From Propionibacteriaceae bacterium (GTDB taxonomy: Bacteria > Actinomycetota > Actinomycetes > Propionibacteriales > Propionibacteriaceae), in contig JAISHO010000037.1 of assembly GCA_031262485.1 (NCBI GenBank), positions 123,166 through 187,165 on the forward strand: a DNA stretch of 64,000 nucleotides, read 5' to 3'. Each line of letters starts with the position of its first letter. Position 1 is the stretch's first letter. Both the position numbers and the translations under genes were made by a program. Positions 9,176-19,552 of this stretch are shown one piece after another. The notes beneath the pieces were generated by a model. The model was not told where the DNA came from, made no database searches, and saw only the letters and a program-made list of their open reading frames with translations.

Positions 9176-10530
9176 CGGATCGCTCCGCTCATCACGGCCC
9201 GCATCTGTTCGCCCAACTGGAGAGCGGCGTCGTCCAAGGACACCGCGGACGGCACGACGATGGTCGCCCATCCGGCGTCGATGAGGGCGGCGTCGAGGAC
9301 AGGGTCGTCTCCCCCGGCGAGGACGGCCAACCCCGGCGTCGTCAGCGGGCGCACGAGCGTGCGGCCGTCATGATCGAAGAGGTCGGCTCCGATCCAGGCC
9401 GAGCGGTGGTCGTCCCCTGACGAGGTGTCGGATGAGATGGGTGAACGCGCCCCAGCGGGTCCGGCGACGACGGCGATCCGCAAGAGGGTGGGAATCTGCT
9501 CGGCGCTCCGTCCCAGCCAGACGTCATCGTCGGATCTGGGGAAGACGGAGGAATCGCCGTCGCCCGGCGCGTCTGCGGACGGTGACGGCTCGGCGAGCGC
9601 CCACGGTGTGCCCAACGCCAGCGCGACCGCCCGGTGTGAGCCGAGCGTGGCGGCGTCGAGTGTGGCCAAATGGTCGAGGTGGTCGCTCCATGGTCCTTCG
9701 ATCACCGTCGATCCGGAGTCGTCGCCGGTGGTGAGGCTGATGTGGAATCCGGCTTCGGTCAGACTGAGGCACAGCGACGCCGCCAGCGAGATCGCTTGTT
9801 CGATCTCGTCTCGCTCCGCTGTGGGGACGACGGCGAGGACGAGATGGAGGTGGGGGGTGTGGACCGGCTCCTCGGCCCGGGTGACGAGGTGGCCGCGCCG
9901 AGCCGAACTGCGCCAGTGGATGCGCCGAATGTCGTCGCCGGGGCGATAATCGCGCACGGTGGCGTCCTCCGGATGCGGCAAGGCCAACCCAGCGCTGGCA
10001 AGGGTCTCCTCGCCGCTCGTCCGCGTCATCCCGGTCAGCGGGGCGACGTGGGGCCACACCGTCACCGGATTCGGCTGTGCCACCGTCGCCTTGAGCCGCC
10101 ACAAGGCGAGCGGGCCGAGGCGGCGGCCGACGGCGGGGCCGATCTCGAAGCAGCCCCGTCGTGTCGTCTCCGCCGTCGTCGTGAGGACGACCCGTCGGCG
10201 GGCCGAGGCGGCGACGGTGCGGCGCAGCGGGATGATCGACTCCGGATAATGGTCGGTCAGCTCGGCGGTGGCCGGCCCCGCCAAACGCACGGTGACCGAT
10301 TCCCCGGCGAAGACTGACAGGGGGCGGATCTCCCGCTTGGCCGACCAGCCGGCGCCCAACCCCCCGACCGCTCCGGGGACGACGATGTCGAGGATCCACG
10401 CGATGGCGAGCACGACCCCGCCGAAGACGACGAGCGTCCACCCGGCGAGATACCCGATCGCGACGAGGAGAAAGGCAGCGAGAACGACGGCCACGCCCCG
10501 TCCCGTCGGGGCCACCGTCCGCCGTCTCAT
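9172..10530 (-). CDS. DUF58 family protein (vWA-like), MoxR partner
   Basis: Two N-terminal TM helices and the hallmark VRDYRPGDDIRRIHWRSSARRGHLVTR motif of DUF58. Confidence 0.85.
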   Translation of the reverse strand: MRRRTVAPTGRGVAVVLAAFLLVAIGYLAGWTLVVFGGVVLAIAWILDIVVPGAVGGLGAGWSAKREIRPLSVFAGESVTVRLAGPATAELTDHYPESIIPLRRTVAASARRRVVLTTTAETTRRGCFEIGPAVGRRLGPLALWRLKATVAQPNPVTVWPHVAPLTGMTRTSGEETLASAGLALPHPEDATVRDYRPGDDIRRIHWRSSARRGHLVTRAEEPVHTPHLHLVLAVVPTAERDEIEQAISLAASLCLSLTEAGFHISLTTGDDSGSTVIEGPWSDHLDHLATLDAATLGSHRAVALALGTPWALAEPSPSADAPGDGDSSVFPRSDDDVWLGRSAEQIPTLLRIAVVAGPAGARSPISSDTSSGDDHRSAWIGADLFDHDGRTLVRPLTTPGLAVLAGGDDPVLDAALIDAGWATIVVPSAVSLDDAALQLGEQMRAVMSGAIR

Positions 10531-10646
10531 CGTTCCCAGCTGGCCCGAGGGCCGAACCGTGGCGGCTCGGCGCTGCGCACAGCGGACGATCGCCGTGGGA
10601 GCGCCCTGGACATCACAGCCCTTCGTTCCATCTCAGCGCACCGGCC

Positions 10647-11630
10647 TCACCGCACCGGCACCTTCTCAAGCGCCAGACGGACGACCGTCTCCCCGGTCAG
10701 ATCGGCGTGGCGCCGGTTGAGGACGATCCGGTGCGCCCAGACCGAGGGAGCGAGACGTTGGACGTCGTCGGGGACGACGTGGTCGCGCCCGTCGAGGGCG
10801 GCCGAGGCTTTGGCGGCCCGCACCAGTTGGATCGACGCGCGCGGTGAGGCCCCGAGGGCGACTCCGGCGGTCTGCCGGGTGAAGTGGGCCAAATCGACGA
10901 CGTAACGTTTGAGGGCGGGGGCGATGTAGAGGCCCCGGATCGCCGCGATGAGCGAGCGCAGTTCGGTGGCGTCGGTCACCGGGGTGACCGCTTCGAGCGG
11001 ATCGTTCAACTCATGGCTGTCGAGCATGGCGACCTCACTGGCGGCGTCGGGGTAACCGATCGCCAGGTGGGCCATGAACCGATCCCGCTGGGCTTCCGGC
11101 AGGGGGTAGGTCCCCTCCATCTCGATCGGGTTCTGGGTCGCGATGACGATGAAGGGCCGGGGAAGCTCGTAGGTCATGCCGTCGACTGTCACCTGCCCCT
11201 CCTGCATCGCTTCGAGGAGAGCCGACTGCGTCTTCGGTGAGGCCCGGTTGACCTCGTCGCCGATGACGATGTTGGCGAAGATCGGCCCGGGTAGGAACTC
11301 GAACTCCCCCCGCTCGGCCCTGAACACATTGGCCCCGACGACATCGCTCGGCAATAAATCAGGGGTGAACTGGATCCGCCCGATCGATCCGTCGATCGAG
11401 GCGGCCAAGGCCTTGGCCAGGGTCGTCTTGCCGACGCCGGGGACGTCTTCGATGAGCACGTGGCCCTCCGCCAAGACGGCGATGACGACGAGTTCGGCAG
11501 CCGCCCGTTTGCCCTGGAGGACCTGGCTGATCCGCTCGACGACGGCGGCGCCCCGCCGACCGATCTCCTCGATGGTGGCCGGATGCGCGACCCCCGCCGC
11601 TTGAGCCTGGAACACCTGGCGCTCCTCCAT
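10647..11630 (-). CDS. moxR: MoxR-family AAA+ ATPase
   Basis: Walker A EDVPGVGKTTLAK, Walker B VIGDEVNRASPKTQSALLEAM, and ATQNPIEMEGTYPLPEAQRDRF. The start is either the ATG at 11630 (shares 1 nt with the upstream stop, TGATG) or the track's 11675. Confidence 0.9.
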   Translation of the reverse strand: MEERQVFQAQAAGVAHPATIEEIGRRGAAVVERISQVLQGKRAAAELVVIAVLAEGHVLIEDVPGVGKTTLAKALAASIDGSIGRIQFTPDLLPSDVVGANVFRAERGEFEFLPGPIFANIVIGDEVNRASPKTQSALLEAMQEGQVTVDGMTYELPRPFIVIATQNPIEMEGTYPLPEAQRDRFMAHLAIGYPDAASEVAMLDSHELNDPLEAVTPVTDATELRSLIAAIRGLYIAPALKRYVVDLAHFTRQTAGVALGASPRASIQLVRAAKASAALDGRDHVVPDDVQRLAPSVWAHRIVLNRRHADLTGETVVRLALEKVPVR

Positions 11631-12670
11631 CACGACCTCCGTCTCACCGCGGCCTGAGCCAGATACTCGAGGCACTGCTTGGCCGGCCCGTCGGGCAAGG
11701 GCGCGATCTCGGCCAACGCCTCCTGGGCCCGGCGTTCGATCTCCTCACGCACCTCGTCGATGACGGGGTGGCGCCGCATGAGATCGAGGGCTTCGGGGAG
11801 ATCCGCCGGGGCCACCGGCGCGGCCAGAAGTTCACGCAAGCGGGCGTCCTCAGCCCGGGCTTGCCGCAGCACGAGGAGCGGGGCGAGCGTGAGAACGCCT
11901 TCGCGCAGATCGGCTCCCGAGGGTTTGCCGGTGACGTCGCTCGTGATGTCGATGAGGTCGTCGGCCAGTTGGAAGGCGACGCCGACGCGTTCGCCGAACC
12001 GGGTGAGGGCTTCGAGCTGCTCGCTGGGCAGCCCCGCGGCCATGCCGCCGAAGCGGGCCGAGGTGGCGATGAGCGAGGCCGTCTTATCGGCTAGGACGGC
12101 GAGGTGATGCTCGACCGGATCGACACCCGCGGCGGGGCCGGTCAGCTCGGCGATCTGGCCCTGGACCAACCGGGCGAAGGTGCCCGCTTGATAAGAGACG
12201 TAATCGATGCCGAGGAGGGCGCCGGCCGAGGAGGCACGGGCGAAGAGGAAGTCCCCCGCCATGATCGAGAGCCGATTGTCATACTGCTTGTTAGCGCTGG
12301 GACGGCCACGCCGGACGTCGGCCTCATCCATGACGTCGTCATGGTAGAGGCTGGCGACATGCGTCAACTCGACGGTGACGGCGGCGCGGACGACGGCGAC
12401 ATCATCGGGCGGGGAACCGGCGTCGAAGCCGAGCCCGGCCGCGCCGACGACGAGGAGGGGACGAAAGCGTTTCCCACCGGCCGAAGGGATGTGCTGGGCC
12501 ATCTCGGTCACGAGGGTTGAATCGGCCTCAGCGGTGGCAAGAATCTGTTCTTCGATCTCCGCGAGCGTTTCACCGGCCCAGCTCAGAAAAGCGGTGTCGG
12601 CTGGTTCCGAGGAGAGCGGCGGGAACGACGTGGTGACCGGTGGAGGTCCATCGGGCGTCAGGATCGTCAC
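11630..12670 (-). CDS. Trans-polyprenyl diphosphate synthase (long-chain, menaquinone side chain candidate)
   Basis: First and second Asp-rich motifs, LYHDDVMDEADVRRGRPS and FQLADDLIDI. GTG start lies 20 nt after the nuoN stop. Confidence 0.85.
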   Translation of the reverse strand: MTILTPDGPPPVTTSFPPLSSEPADTAFLSWAGETLAEIEEQILATAEADSTLVTEMAQHIPSAGGKRFRPLLVVGAAGLGFDAGSPPDDVAVVRAAVTVELTHVASLYHDDVMDEADVRRGRPSANKQYDNRLSIMAGDFLFARASSAGALLGIDYVSYQAGTFARLVQGQIAELTGPAAGVDPVEHHLAVLADKTASLIATSARFGGMAAGLPSEQLEALTRFGERVGVAFQLADDLIDITSDVTGKPSGADLREGVLTLAPLLVLRQARAEDARLRELLAAPVAPADLPEALDLMRRHPVIDEVREEIERRAQEALAEIAPLPDGPAKQCLEYLAQAAVRRRS

Positions 12671-12690
12671 TCAGTAGACCTTAGCGGTTC

Positions 12691-14319
12691 TCAGCCGGCT
12701 ACGGCGTGGAGGAACTCGGCGGCCTGGGCGATGACGTTGGTGACAGGGGCGGGGGCGATACCGAGGACGAGCGTGCCGATGAGCGAGATCGCCAAGACGA
12801 TGAGCGTCATCGGCCCGGCGATCGTCACCTCGGCCTCACCCGCCGGTTCCCGGAAGAACAGGACGATGATGACGCGGAGATAGATGTAGACGGCGACGAC
12901 GGAGACGAGCACCGCGACGAGCGCCAACCACCAGTAACCCCCTTGCCAGGCCGCGGTGAAGACGGCGAATTTACCGACGAATCCAGCGGTCAGAGGGATG
13001 CCGGCGAGGCTGAGGAGGAGGATGACCATGCTGATCCCGATGACGGGATAGCGCCGGCCCAAACCAGCCCACTGCGACAGTTCTGTCGCTTCTCGCCCAT
13101 GGGCGCGCACGACCGTGACGACGGCGAAACAGCCGATCGTGGCGAAGCCGTAACCGATGAGGTAGAAGAGGATGGCGCCGACCGAGCCGAGCTGGCCGTC
13201 GGCCAGGCCCGATTGGGTCGTCGCGGCGCCGGTCACAGCGGTGAGGAGGAAGCCAGCGTGGGCGACCGACGAATAGGCCAAGAGGCGCTTGATGTCGGTT
13301 TGGACGATCGCCACCACGGTGCCGACGATCATCGTGAGGATGGCGACAGCGGCGATGACGGGCTGCCAGGTGAGCCGGGCTCCGCCGAAGCAGACGTAGA
13401 AGATGCGCAGGAGGGCGCCGGCGGCGGCGATCTTCGTGCACACCGCCATGAACGAGGTGACCGGGGTGGGAGCGCCTTGGTAGACGTCGGGCACCCAAGC
13501 GTGGAAGGGGACGGCGCCGATCTTGAAGAGCAAGCCGACGGCGATGAGGGCGACGCCGCCGATGAGGAGGCGATCCGATTCCTGCGACAAGGTCACCGCG
13601 GTGACGATGCCGTCGTAGGCGAAGCTGCCGGAGTACCCGAAGACGAGCGCGACGCCGAAGAGCAACATGGCCGAGGCGCCCGAGCCGAGCAGGAAGTATT
13701 TAAGAGCCGACTCCTGGCTGAGGAGTCGCCGGTGGCGCGCCAAGCCGCAGAGGACGTAGAGCGGGAAGGAGAGGATCTCCAACGCGACGAACATCGTCAA
13801 CAGATCATTGGCGGCGACGATGAGGAGCATCCCGGACAGGGAGAAGAGGGCCAGGGGGAAGGCCTCGGTGTGCTCGAGCCCGGCCTCGGCCGCCTCGGTC
13901 TCGGCTTTGGAGCCGGGGGTGGCGGCCGCCATCGGCGTGAACGCGGTGACGCCGCCGTGGACCCGGCGTTCGGCGAAGAGGAGGAGGGAGACGAACCCGA
14001 AGCCGAGCAGCATGGCCCACATCACCTGGGTGGCGCCGTCGTGGATGAGCGATCCCGTCACGACCTGGCCGACGGTGACCGGGTCGATGAGGGCCCGGCT
14101 GGCGATCCCCCAGTTGAGGACGAGGTTGACGAAGGCGGCGGCCAACGCGATGAGCGAGAGGGCGACCTGGATCTGGAACCTCAAGGCGCGGGGGGCGAAG
14201 GCCTCGACGAGGATGCCGACGCAGGCCGCGCCGAGCACGAAGAGGACGGGGGCGAACAGGCCGTAGTTGATGGTGGGGGCGGTGAAAGCCAGGGGGGCCA
14301 GCGGGGTCATAGGAATCAC
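12691..14319 (-). CDS. nuoN: NADH-quinone oxidoreductase subunit N
   Basis: 542-aa antiporter-like polytopic protein and the last gene of the nuo run. Its start region overlaps the nuoM stop (GTGA); an ATG 9 nt downstream is an alternative. Confidence 0.9.
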   Translation of the reverse strand: MIPMTPLAPLAFTAPTINYGLFAPVLFVLGAACVGILVEAFAPRALRFQIQVALSLIALAAAFVNLVLNWGIASRALIDPVTVGQVVTGSLIHDGATQVMWAMLLGFGFVSLLLFAERRVHGGVTAFTPMAAATPGSKAETEAAEAGLEHTEAFPLALFSLSGMLLIVAANDLLTMFVALEILSFPLYVLCGLARHRRLLSQESALKYFLLGSGASAMLLFGVALVFGYSGSFAYDGIVTAVTLSQESDRLLIGGVALIAVGLLFKIGAVPFHAWVPDVYQGAPTPVTSFMAVCTKIAAAGALLRIFYVCFGGARLTWQPVIAAVAILTMIVGTVVAIVQTDIKRLLAYSSVAHAGFLLTAVTGAATTQSGLADGQLGSVGAILFYLIGYGFATIGCFAVVTVVRAHGREATELSQWAGLGRRYPVIGISMVILLLSLAGIPLTAGFVGKFAVFTAAWQGGYWWLALVAVLVSVVAVYIYLRVIIVLFFREPAGEAEVTIAGPMTLIVLAISLIGTLVLGIAPAPVTNVIAQAAEFLHAVAG

Positions 14320-15863
14320 TCGCCTTCCTCGACGGTGTACCGGGGCGCCAGTTCATCGGCGCCGGCGTTGATCATGACCGTCTCACTCGTCGGGTTGATG
14401 AGATCGAGCGCTGGTGCCGGGAAGAACCCGAGCACTAAGAAGAGCGCGACCAGGGGGATGAGGGCGATCCGCTCCCGCCAGGTGAGGTCGGTGGTGACAT
14501 GGGCGGCCACTTCGTCCGGCACCGGGCCGGTCATGAGGCGTTGATAGAGCCACAGGATGTACAGGGCGGCCAAGACGGTGCCGAAGGTCGCGATCCCGGC
14601 GATGACTTGGTTGTGCGACCACGCGCCGGCCAGGACCATGAACTCGGAGACGAAGCTCGAGGTGCCGGGCAGGGCGAGACCGGCCAAGCCGGAGACGAGG
14701 GTGAACCCGGCCAGCACCGGGGCGATCTGGATGACGCCGCCGAAGTCGGCCACCTGGGCCGAACCGCGTCGGGCGATGAGATAGCCGATGACGAGGTAGA
14801 GGGCGCCCGTCGACAGGCCGTGGTTGACCATGTAGAAGATTGAGCCGGTCAGCGACTGCTCGGTCAGGACGAAGATGCCCAACACCATGAAGCCGAAGTG
14901 GCTGATCGAGGTGAAGGCGATGAGCCGCATGAGGTTCTTCTGCCCGATCGCGGCCAAGGCGCCGTAGACGATCGACAAGAGCGCGAGCACGAGGATGACC
15001 GGCGTGGCCCACTGCGACTGCTCGGGGAAGATCCACAGGCAGACCCGGATCATGCCGAAGGTGCCGAGCTTGTCGAGGATGCCGACCATGAGGGCGGCGC
15101 CGCCCGGGGTCGACTCCTCGGCCGCCTCGGGCAACCAAGTGTGCCCGGGCACCATGGGCGCCTTGAGGGCGAAGGCGATGAAGAAGGCGATGAAGATCGT
15201 CTTGATGAGGGGGCTGTCGGCGATCTCGGCGCGGGCCAAATCGCTGAAGAGGAAGGAAGGCGTTCCCAAAGCGTCTCCGGCCACCACTCCGGTGCCGATG
15301 ACGGCGAAGAGCATGACGAGCCCGCCGGCCAGGCCGAAGAGGAGGAACTTCGTCGCCGCGGCTCCCCGCTTGACTCCGCCCCAACCGCCGATGAGGAAGT
15401 ACATCGGGATGAGGGTGGCCTCGAAGAAGATGTAGAAGAGCAACAGGTCGAGGGAAAGGAAGCAGAACAGCGAGAACGACTCGACGAGCAGAACGAGGGC
15501 GACGAAGGCTTGGGAGCTCCAGCGCCCCGACTCCCCCATCCCGGTGCGCCATTCGGCGACGAGGACGAGCGGGACGAGCACGACGGTGAGGAGGACCATG
15601 ACGAGCGCCATGCCGCCGTCGGCGTCGCCGGAACCGGCGGCGGGAAGGCCGAGCGCGTAATGGCTACCGAGCGAGGGCAGCCACTCGATCTGGTCGAGCA
15701 TCTCCGTGCCGGATTGCCGCAGCACCGTCACGACGACGCCGAGGGCCAGCGTCGCGAGCGCGACGACGAGGCCGACCACCCGGGCCGCCCGTTGCTTCGA
15801 CAAGGCGACGAGGATCGCGCCGAGGATCGGAAGGGCCGCGAGGACCGTCAACCAGGGAAACAT
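14316..15863 (-). CDS. nuoM: NADH-quinone oxidoreductase subunit M
   Basis: 515-aa antiporter-like subunit (..HTWLPEAAEESTPGGAALM..) in the expected operon position. Confidence 0.9.
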   Translation of the reverse strand: MFPWLTVLAALPILGAILVALSKQRAARVVGLVVALATLALGVVVTVLRQSGTEMLDQIEWLPSLGSHYALGLPAAGSGDADGGMALVMVLLTVVLVPLVLVAEWRTGMGESGRWSSQAFVALVLLVESFSLFCFLSLDLLLFYIFFEATLIPMYFLIGGWGGVKRGAAATKFLLFGLAGGLVMLFAVIGTGVVAGDALGTPSFLFSDLARAEIADSPLIKTIFIAFFIAFALKAPMVPGHTWLPEAAEESTPGGAALMVGILDKLGTFGMIRVCLWIFPEQSQWATPVILVLALLSIVYGALAAIGQKNLMRLIAFTSISHFGFMVLGIFVLTEQSLTGSIFYMVNHGLSTGALYLVIGYLIARRGSAQVADFGGVIQIAPVLAGFTLVSGLAGLALPGTSSFVSEFMVLAGAWSHNQVIAGIATFGTVLAALYILWLYQRLMTGPVPDEVAAHVTTDLTWRERIALIPLVALFLVLGFFPAPALDLINPTSETVMINAGADELAPRYTVEEGE

Positions 15864-15876
15864 CGTCTCTCCCCTC

Positions 15877-17790
15877 TCAGACCAGCCGGCTCAGGGCCAG
15901 GGATAGACCGACAAGGACTGCGCCACACACCATGGTGAGGCCGTAAGTTCGCACATACCCGTTCTCGAGTAGTTTCACGCGTCCGCCGAGGGCGCCAGGC
16001 AAGCGGCCGGAGGCGTTGACCGCGCCATCGATGGCGACGTCGTCGAGGGTGGCGACCCCATTCGCCAAAGCGACGCCGGGGCGCATGAAGATGGCCTCGT
16101 TGACGGTGTCGGCGTAGAGGTCGTGGCGCCCGATCTTGGTGAGGATCGAGCCGGCCGGAGCCGTCGTGGGGATCTCCTGGCGCCCGAAGAGGTACCAGCC
16201 GAGCGCGACGCCGGCGGCGACGACGAGGAGCGTGATGATCCCGAGCACCGTGATATGCGGCAACCAGGAGGCGTGTTCGGGGGCCTCGGCTCCGACCGCG
16301 TCGGCCAACCAACCGCCGATCCAGCCGTTGAGGGCCATGCCGCCGATGAAGCTGCCGACCGCCAAGATGATGAGCGGGACGCCCATCGACAGGGGCGACT
16401 CGTGGGGATGGACGCCATCCTTCCACCGGGCTTGGCCGAGGAAGGTCATGAACATGAGGCGCGTCATGTAGAAAGCTGTCACTCCCGCGCCGATGAGGGC
16501 GAGGACGCCGAGGACGGGCTGATTGGCCCAAGCCGCCTCGATGATGTGGTCCTTGGAGTAGAACCCGGAGAAGAAGGGGAACCCGATGATGGCGAGATAG
16601 CCGACGGCGAAGGTGACGAAGGTGATCGGCATGGCCTTGCGTAGAGCGCCGAACCGCCGCATGTCGGTGTCGTCGTTCATCCCGTGCATGACCGACCCGG
16701 CCCCGAGGAACATCGTGGCCTTGAAGAAACCGTGGGTCAGCAGGTGGAAGATCGCGAAGGCGTATCCGGCCGGGCCAATGCCGGCGGCAAGGATCATGTA
16801 GCCGATCTGGCTCATCGTGGAGCCGGCCAAGACCTTCTTGATGTCGTCCTTGGCGCAGCCGATCCAAGCGCCGGCCAGGAGGGTGACGGTGCCGACGAGG
16901 GCGACGGCGATCTGGGCCGTCGGCGTCTGGGCGTAGAGCGCGTTCGACCGGACGACGAGGTAGACGCCGGCCGTCACCATGGTGGCGGCGTGGATGAGGG
17001 CGGAGACCGGAGTCGGGCCCTCCATGGCATCTAGCAACCAGGATTGCAAGGGAACCTGGGCCGACTTCCCGCAGGCGGCGAGCAGGAGGAAGAAACCGAT
17101 GAGTGTCGCCCAGTGCCCGGGGATGAGCTCGGCGCCGGCGTCGACGGCCTGGAAGTTCGTCGTGCCGAAGAGCATGAGCATCGAGAAGATCGCCATGAGC
17201 AGACCGAGGTCGCCGATCCGATTGACGACAAAGGCTTTCTTGCCAGCGGTGGCGGCGCTGGGGCGCTCCTGCCAGAAGGAGATGAGCAGGTAAGAGGCTA
17301 GACCGACGCCTTCCCACCCGATGAAGAGCACGAGATAAGAATCAGCCAAGACGAGGATGAGCATGGCCGCGATGAAGAGATTGAGGTAGGCGAAGAAACG
17401 ACGCCGATTGGGGTCGTGAGCCATGTAGCCGATCGAGTAGATGTGGATCAGCCCGCCGACGAAGGTGATGAGCAGGACGAAGAGGATCGACAACGGATCG
17501 ATGAGCAGGCCAGCCGTCAGCGTCCACGCGCCCGAGCTGATCCAGGTGAACAGCGTCAACTCGACCGCTCGTTCGGAAGGGTCGGCGCCGAGCAGGTCGG
17601 CGAAGTAGACGACCGCGAGAACGAAGGAGGCGAAGGGGGCGAGCGTGGCGATGAAGTGGCCGAAGCCGTTCGTCACCTTGCCAGCGATGAGGAGGAGGGC
17701 GGCGATCGCGGCGGGAATGGCGATGAGGAGCCACGCGAAGGCGAACGCCCCGGTGGCGGCCACCGGATCCAGGGTTTCAAGCAGAGTCAC
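15877..17790 (-). CDS. nuoL: NADH-quinone oxidoreductase subunit L
   Basis: 637 aa, with WEGVGLASYLLISFW and SAQVPLQSWLLDAMEGPTPVSALIHAATMVTAG typical of NuoL. Confidence 0.92.
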   Translation of the reverse strand: MTLLETLDPVAATGAFAFAWLLIAIPAAIAALLLIAGKVTNGFGHFIATLAPFASFVLAVVYFADLLGADPSERAVELTLFTWISSGAWTLTAGLLIDPLSILFVLLITFVGGLIHIYSIGYMAHDPNRRRFFAYLNLFIAAMLILVLADSYLVLFIGWEGVGLASYLLISFWQERPSAATAGKKAFVVNRIGDLGLLMAIFSMLMLFGTTNFQAVDAGAELIPGHWATLIGFFLLLAACGKSAQVPLQSWLLDAMEGPTPVSALIHAATMVTAGVYLVVRSNALYAQTPTAQIAVALVGTVTLLAGAWIGCAKDDIKKVLAGSTMSQIGYMILAAGIGPAGYAFAIFHLLTHGFFKATMFLGAGSVMHGMNDDTDMRRFGALRKAMPITFVTFAVGYLAIIGFPFFSGFYSKDHIIEAAWANQPVLGVLALIGAGVTAFYMTRLMFMTFLGQARWKDGVHPHESPLSMGVPLIILAVGSFIGGMALNGWIGGWLADAVGAEAPEHASWLPHITVLGIITLLVVAAGVALGWYLFGRQEIPTTAPAGSILTKIGRHDLYADTVNEAIFMRPGVALANGVATLDDVAIDGAVNASGRLPGALGGRVKLLENGYVRTYGLTMVCGAVLVGLSLALSRLV

Positions 17791-17801
17791 TGTCAGCTCC
17801 C

Positions 17802-18098
17802 TCAGTGCTTCATGGCGGTGAGGTTGTCGACCGAGGTCGAGCGGCGGGAACGGTAGATCATGAGGATGATCGAGAGGCCGACGACGACCTCAGCGGCGGC
17901 CACCACCATGACGAAGAAGGCCGCGACTTGGCCGTCGAGGATGCCGTGGACCTGACTCATCGAGATGAAGACGAGGTTGCAGGCGTTGAGCATGAGCTCG
18001 ACCGACATGAAGATGACGAGAGCGTTGCGGCGGATGAGGAAACCGACGAGCCCGATGGTGAAGAGGATCGCCGCGAGGACGATGTACGGATCATTCAT
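17802..18098 (-). CDS. nuoK: NADH-quinone oxidoreductase subunit K
   Basis: The true product is the C-terminal 98 aa of track ORF 17802-18566: [39 protein letters not shown]... The ATG at 18098 overlaps the nuoJ end by 8 nt. The upstream part of the track ORF is an out-of-frame read through nuoJ. Confidence 0.9.
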   Translation of the reverse strand: MNDPYIVLAAILFTIGLVGFLIRRNALVIFMSVELMLNACNLVFISMSQVHGILDGQVAAFFVMVVAAAEVVVGLSIILMIYRSRRSTSVDNLTAMKH

Positions 18099-19002
18099 GG
18101 TCGTCTCCTTCCTTCTCGGCGGGATTCGAGAGACCCGGGTGGTCGTGGCCCCGTTCGACGGCGGGGATCTGATCGGCGTCGATCTCGCCCGGCCCACCGG
18201 CGATCGCGGCGACGGCCTCGGCGTGAGGGGCCGACAGCTCCTCGGCGCTGGGGATCGAGACCCGCTCCTCGATGATGGCGGAGACGGAGTCGGGGGCGAC
18301 CGTGCCGTCGGGCAGAAGGGCGGGGGTGGCGATGGAGTTGTGACGGGCGAACACACCGGAGTTGGGCAGGGCGCCGGGGTGGCGGCCGGAGGCGGCGTAA
18401 GCCTGCATCCGGCGCTCGGCCATCGCCGTCTGGTCGAGCTTGGGCTTGAGCCGGGTGGGATGAGCCAAGACCATGGCGGCGACGGCGGCGGAGATGAGGA
18501 GCGCGGCGGTCGCCTCGAAAGCGATGACGTAACGCTGGAAGACCAACTCGGCCAAACCTTGGACATTGCCGGAGGCGTTGGCTTCCTCGAGCCCGACCGG
18601 CTCGGTCGTGACCGCGTTGCCGACGGCCAGGACGAGCAGAGCGATCGTGCCGAGCCCGGCGACGGTGACGGCGATGCGATGGCCCTTGAGAGTCTCTGTC
18701 ACTGAATCATGCGTGTCGACGCCGACGAGCATGACGACGAAGAGGAAGAGCATGAGGACGGCGCCGGTATAGACGATGATCTGAACGGCGAAGAGGAAGG
18801 GCGCGTTGAGGCTGGCGTAGAGAACGGCCAGCGACACCATGACGAGCGCGAGGGAAAGCGCCGAGTAGATCGGCTTCTGGAAGAAGACGACGCCGAGGGC
18901 TCCGGCGATGGCGAAGACGGCGCAGATCCAAAAGGTGATGCTCGTGAGCAGACCAGGGGGGAAGATGCCGCCCTCCAAGGGGATGAGGGTGAGGAGGGTC
19001 AT
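18091..19002 (-). CDS. nuoJ: NADH-quinone oxidoreductase subunit J (long C-terminal tail)
   Basis: [16 protein letters not shown]... with 5 TM helices. The ATG at 19002 overlaps the nuoI stop (ATGA). Confidence 0.88.
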   Translation of the reverse strand: MTLLTLIPLEGGIFPPGLLTSITFWICAVFAIAGALGVVFFQKPIYSALSLALVMVSLAVLYASLNAPFLFAVQIIVYTGAVLMLFLFVVMLVGVDTHDSVTETLKGHRIAVTVAGLGTIALLVLAVGNAVTTEPVGLEEANASGNVQGLAELVFQRYVIAFEATAALLISAAVAAMVLAHPTRLKPKLDQTAMAERRMQAYAASGRHPGALPNSGVFARHNSIATPALLPDGTVAPDSVSAIIEERVSIPSAEELSAPHAEAVAAIAGGPGEIDADQIPAVERGHDHPGLSNPAEKEGDDHE

Positions 19003-19550
19003 GCCGCGGCTCCCTTCGTCCAAGTCCGGTTGTCGGACTGGCCCTCATCCGGCAGCCCCAGGAAGTAATCCTGTTCGCTGTCGCCGAGGCGGCGGGGATG
19101 GGGCGGCTCCTCCATCTCGGCGCGCAGCGGCGCGAGGAGCTCTTCCTTGGTGTAGATGAGTTTGGCTCGCGAATCGTTGGCCAGTTTGAACTCGTTCGTC
19201 ATCGTCAGCGCTCGCGTCGGGCAGGCTTCGATGCACATGCCGCAGAAGATGCAGCGCAGGTAGTTGATCTCGTAGATCTTGCCGTAGCGCTCACCGGGCG
19301 AGTAACGCTCTTCATCGGTGTTGGCTCCCGCTTCGACGTAGATGGCGTCGGCCGGGCAGGCCCAGGCGCACAACTCACAACCGACGCATTTCTCTAAGCC
19401 GTCCGGCCAGCGGTTGAGCTGATGACGGCCATGGAAACGAGGCTGGGTGACCTTCTCCTTGCCCTTCTGGGGGTAGCCCTGCGTGAAGGGCTTGCGAAAC
19501 ATCGTCGCGAAGGTGATGCTGAAGCCTTTCCAGGCGTCGAAGATGCCCAT
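18999..19550 (-). CDS. nuoI: NADH-quinone oxidoreductase subunit I (2x[4Fe-4S])
   Basis: Two ferredoxin motifs, [12 protein letters not shown] and [12 protein letters not shown]. Confidence 0.95.
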   Translation of the reverse strand: MGIFDAWKGFSITFATMFRKPFTQGYPQKGKEKVTQPRFHGRHQLNRWPDGLEKCVGCELCAWACPADAIYVEAGANTDEERYSPGERYGKIYEINYLRCIFCGMCIEACPTRALTMTNEFKLANDSRAKLIYTKEELLAPLRAEMEEPPHPRRLGDSEQDYFLGLPDEGQSDNRTWTKGAAA

Positions 19551-19552
19551 AC

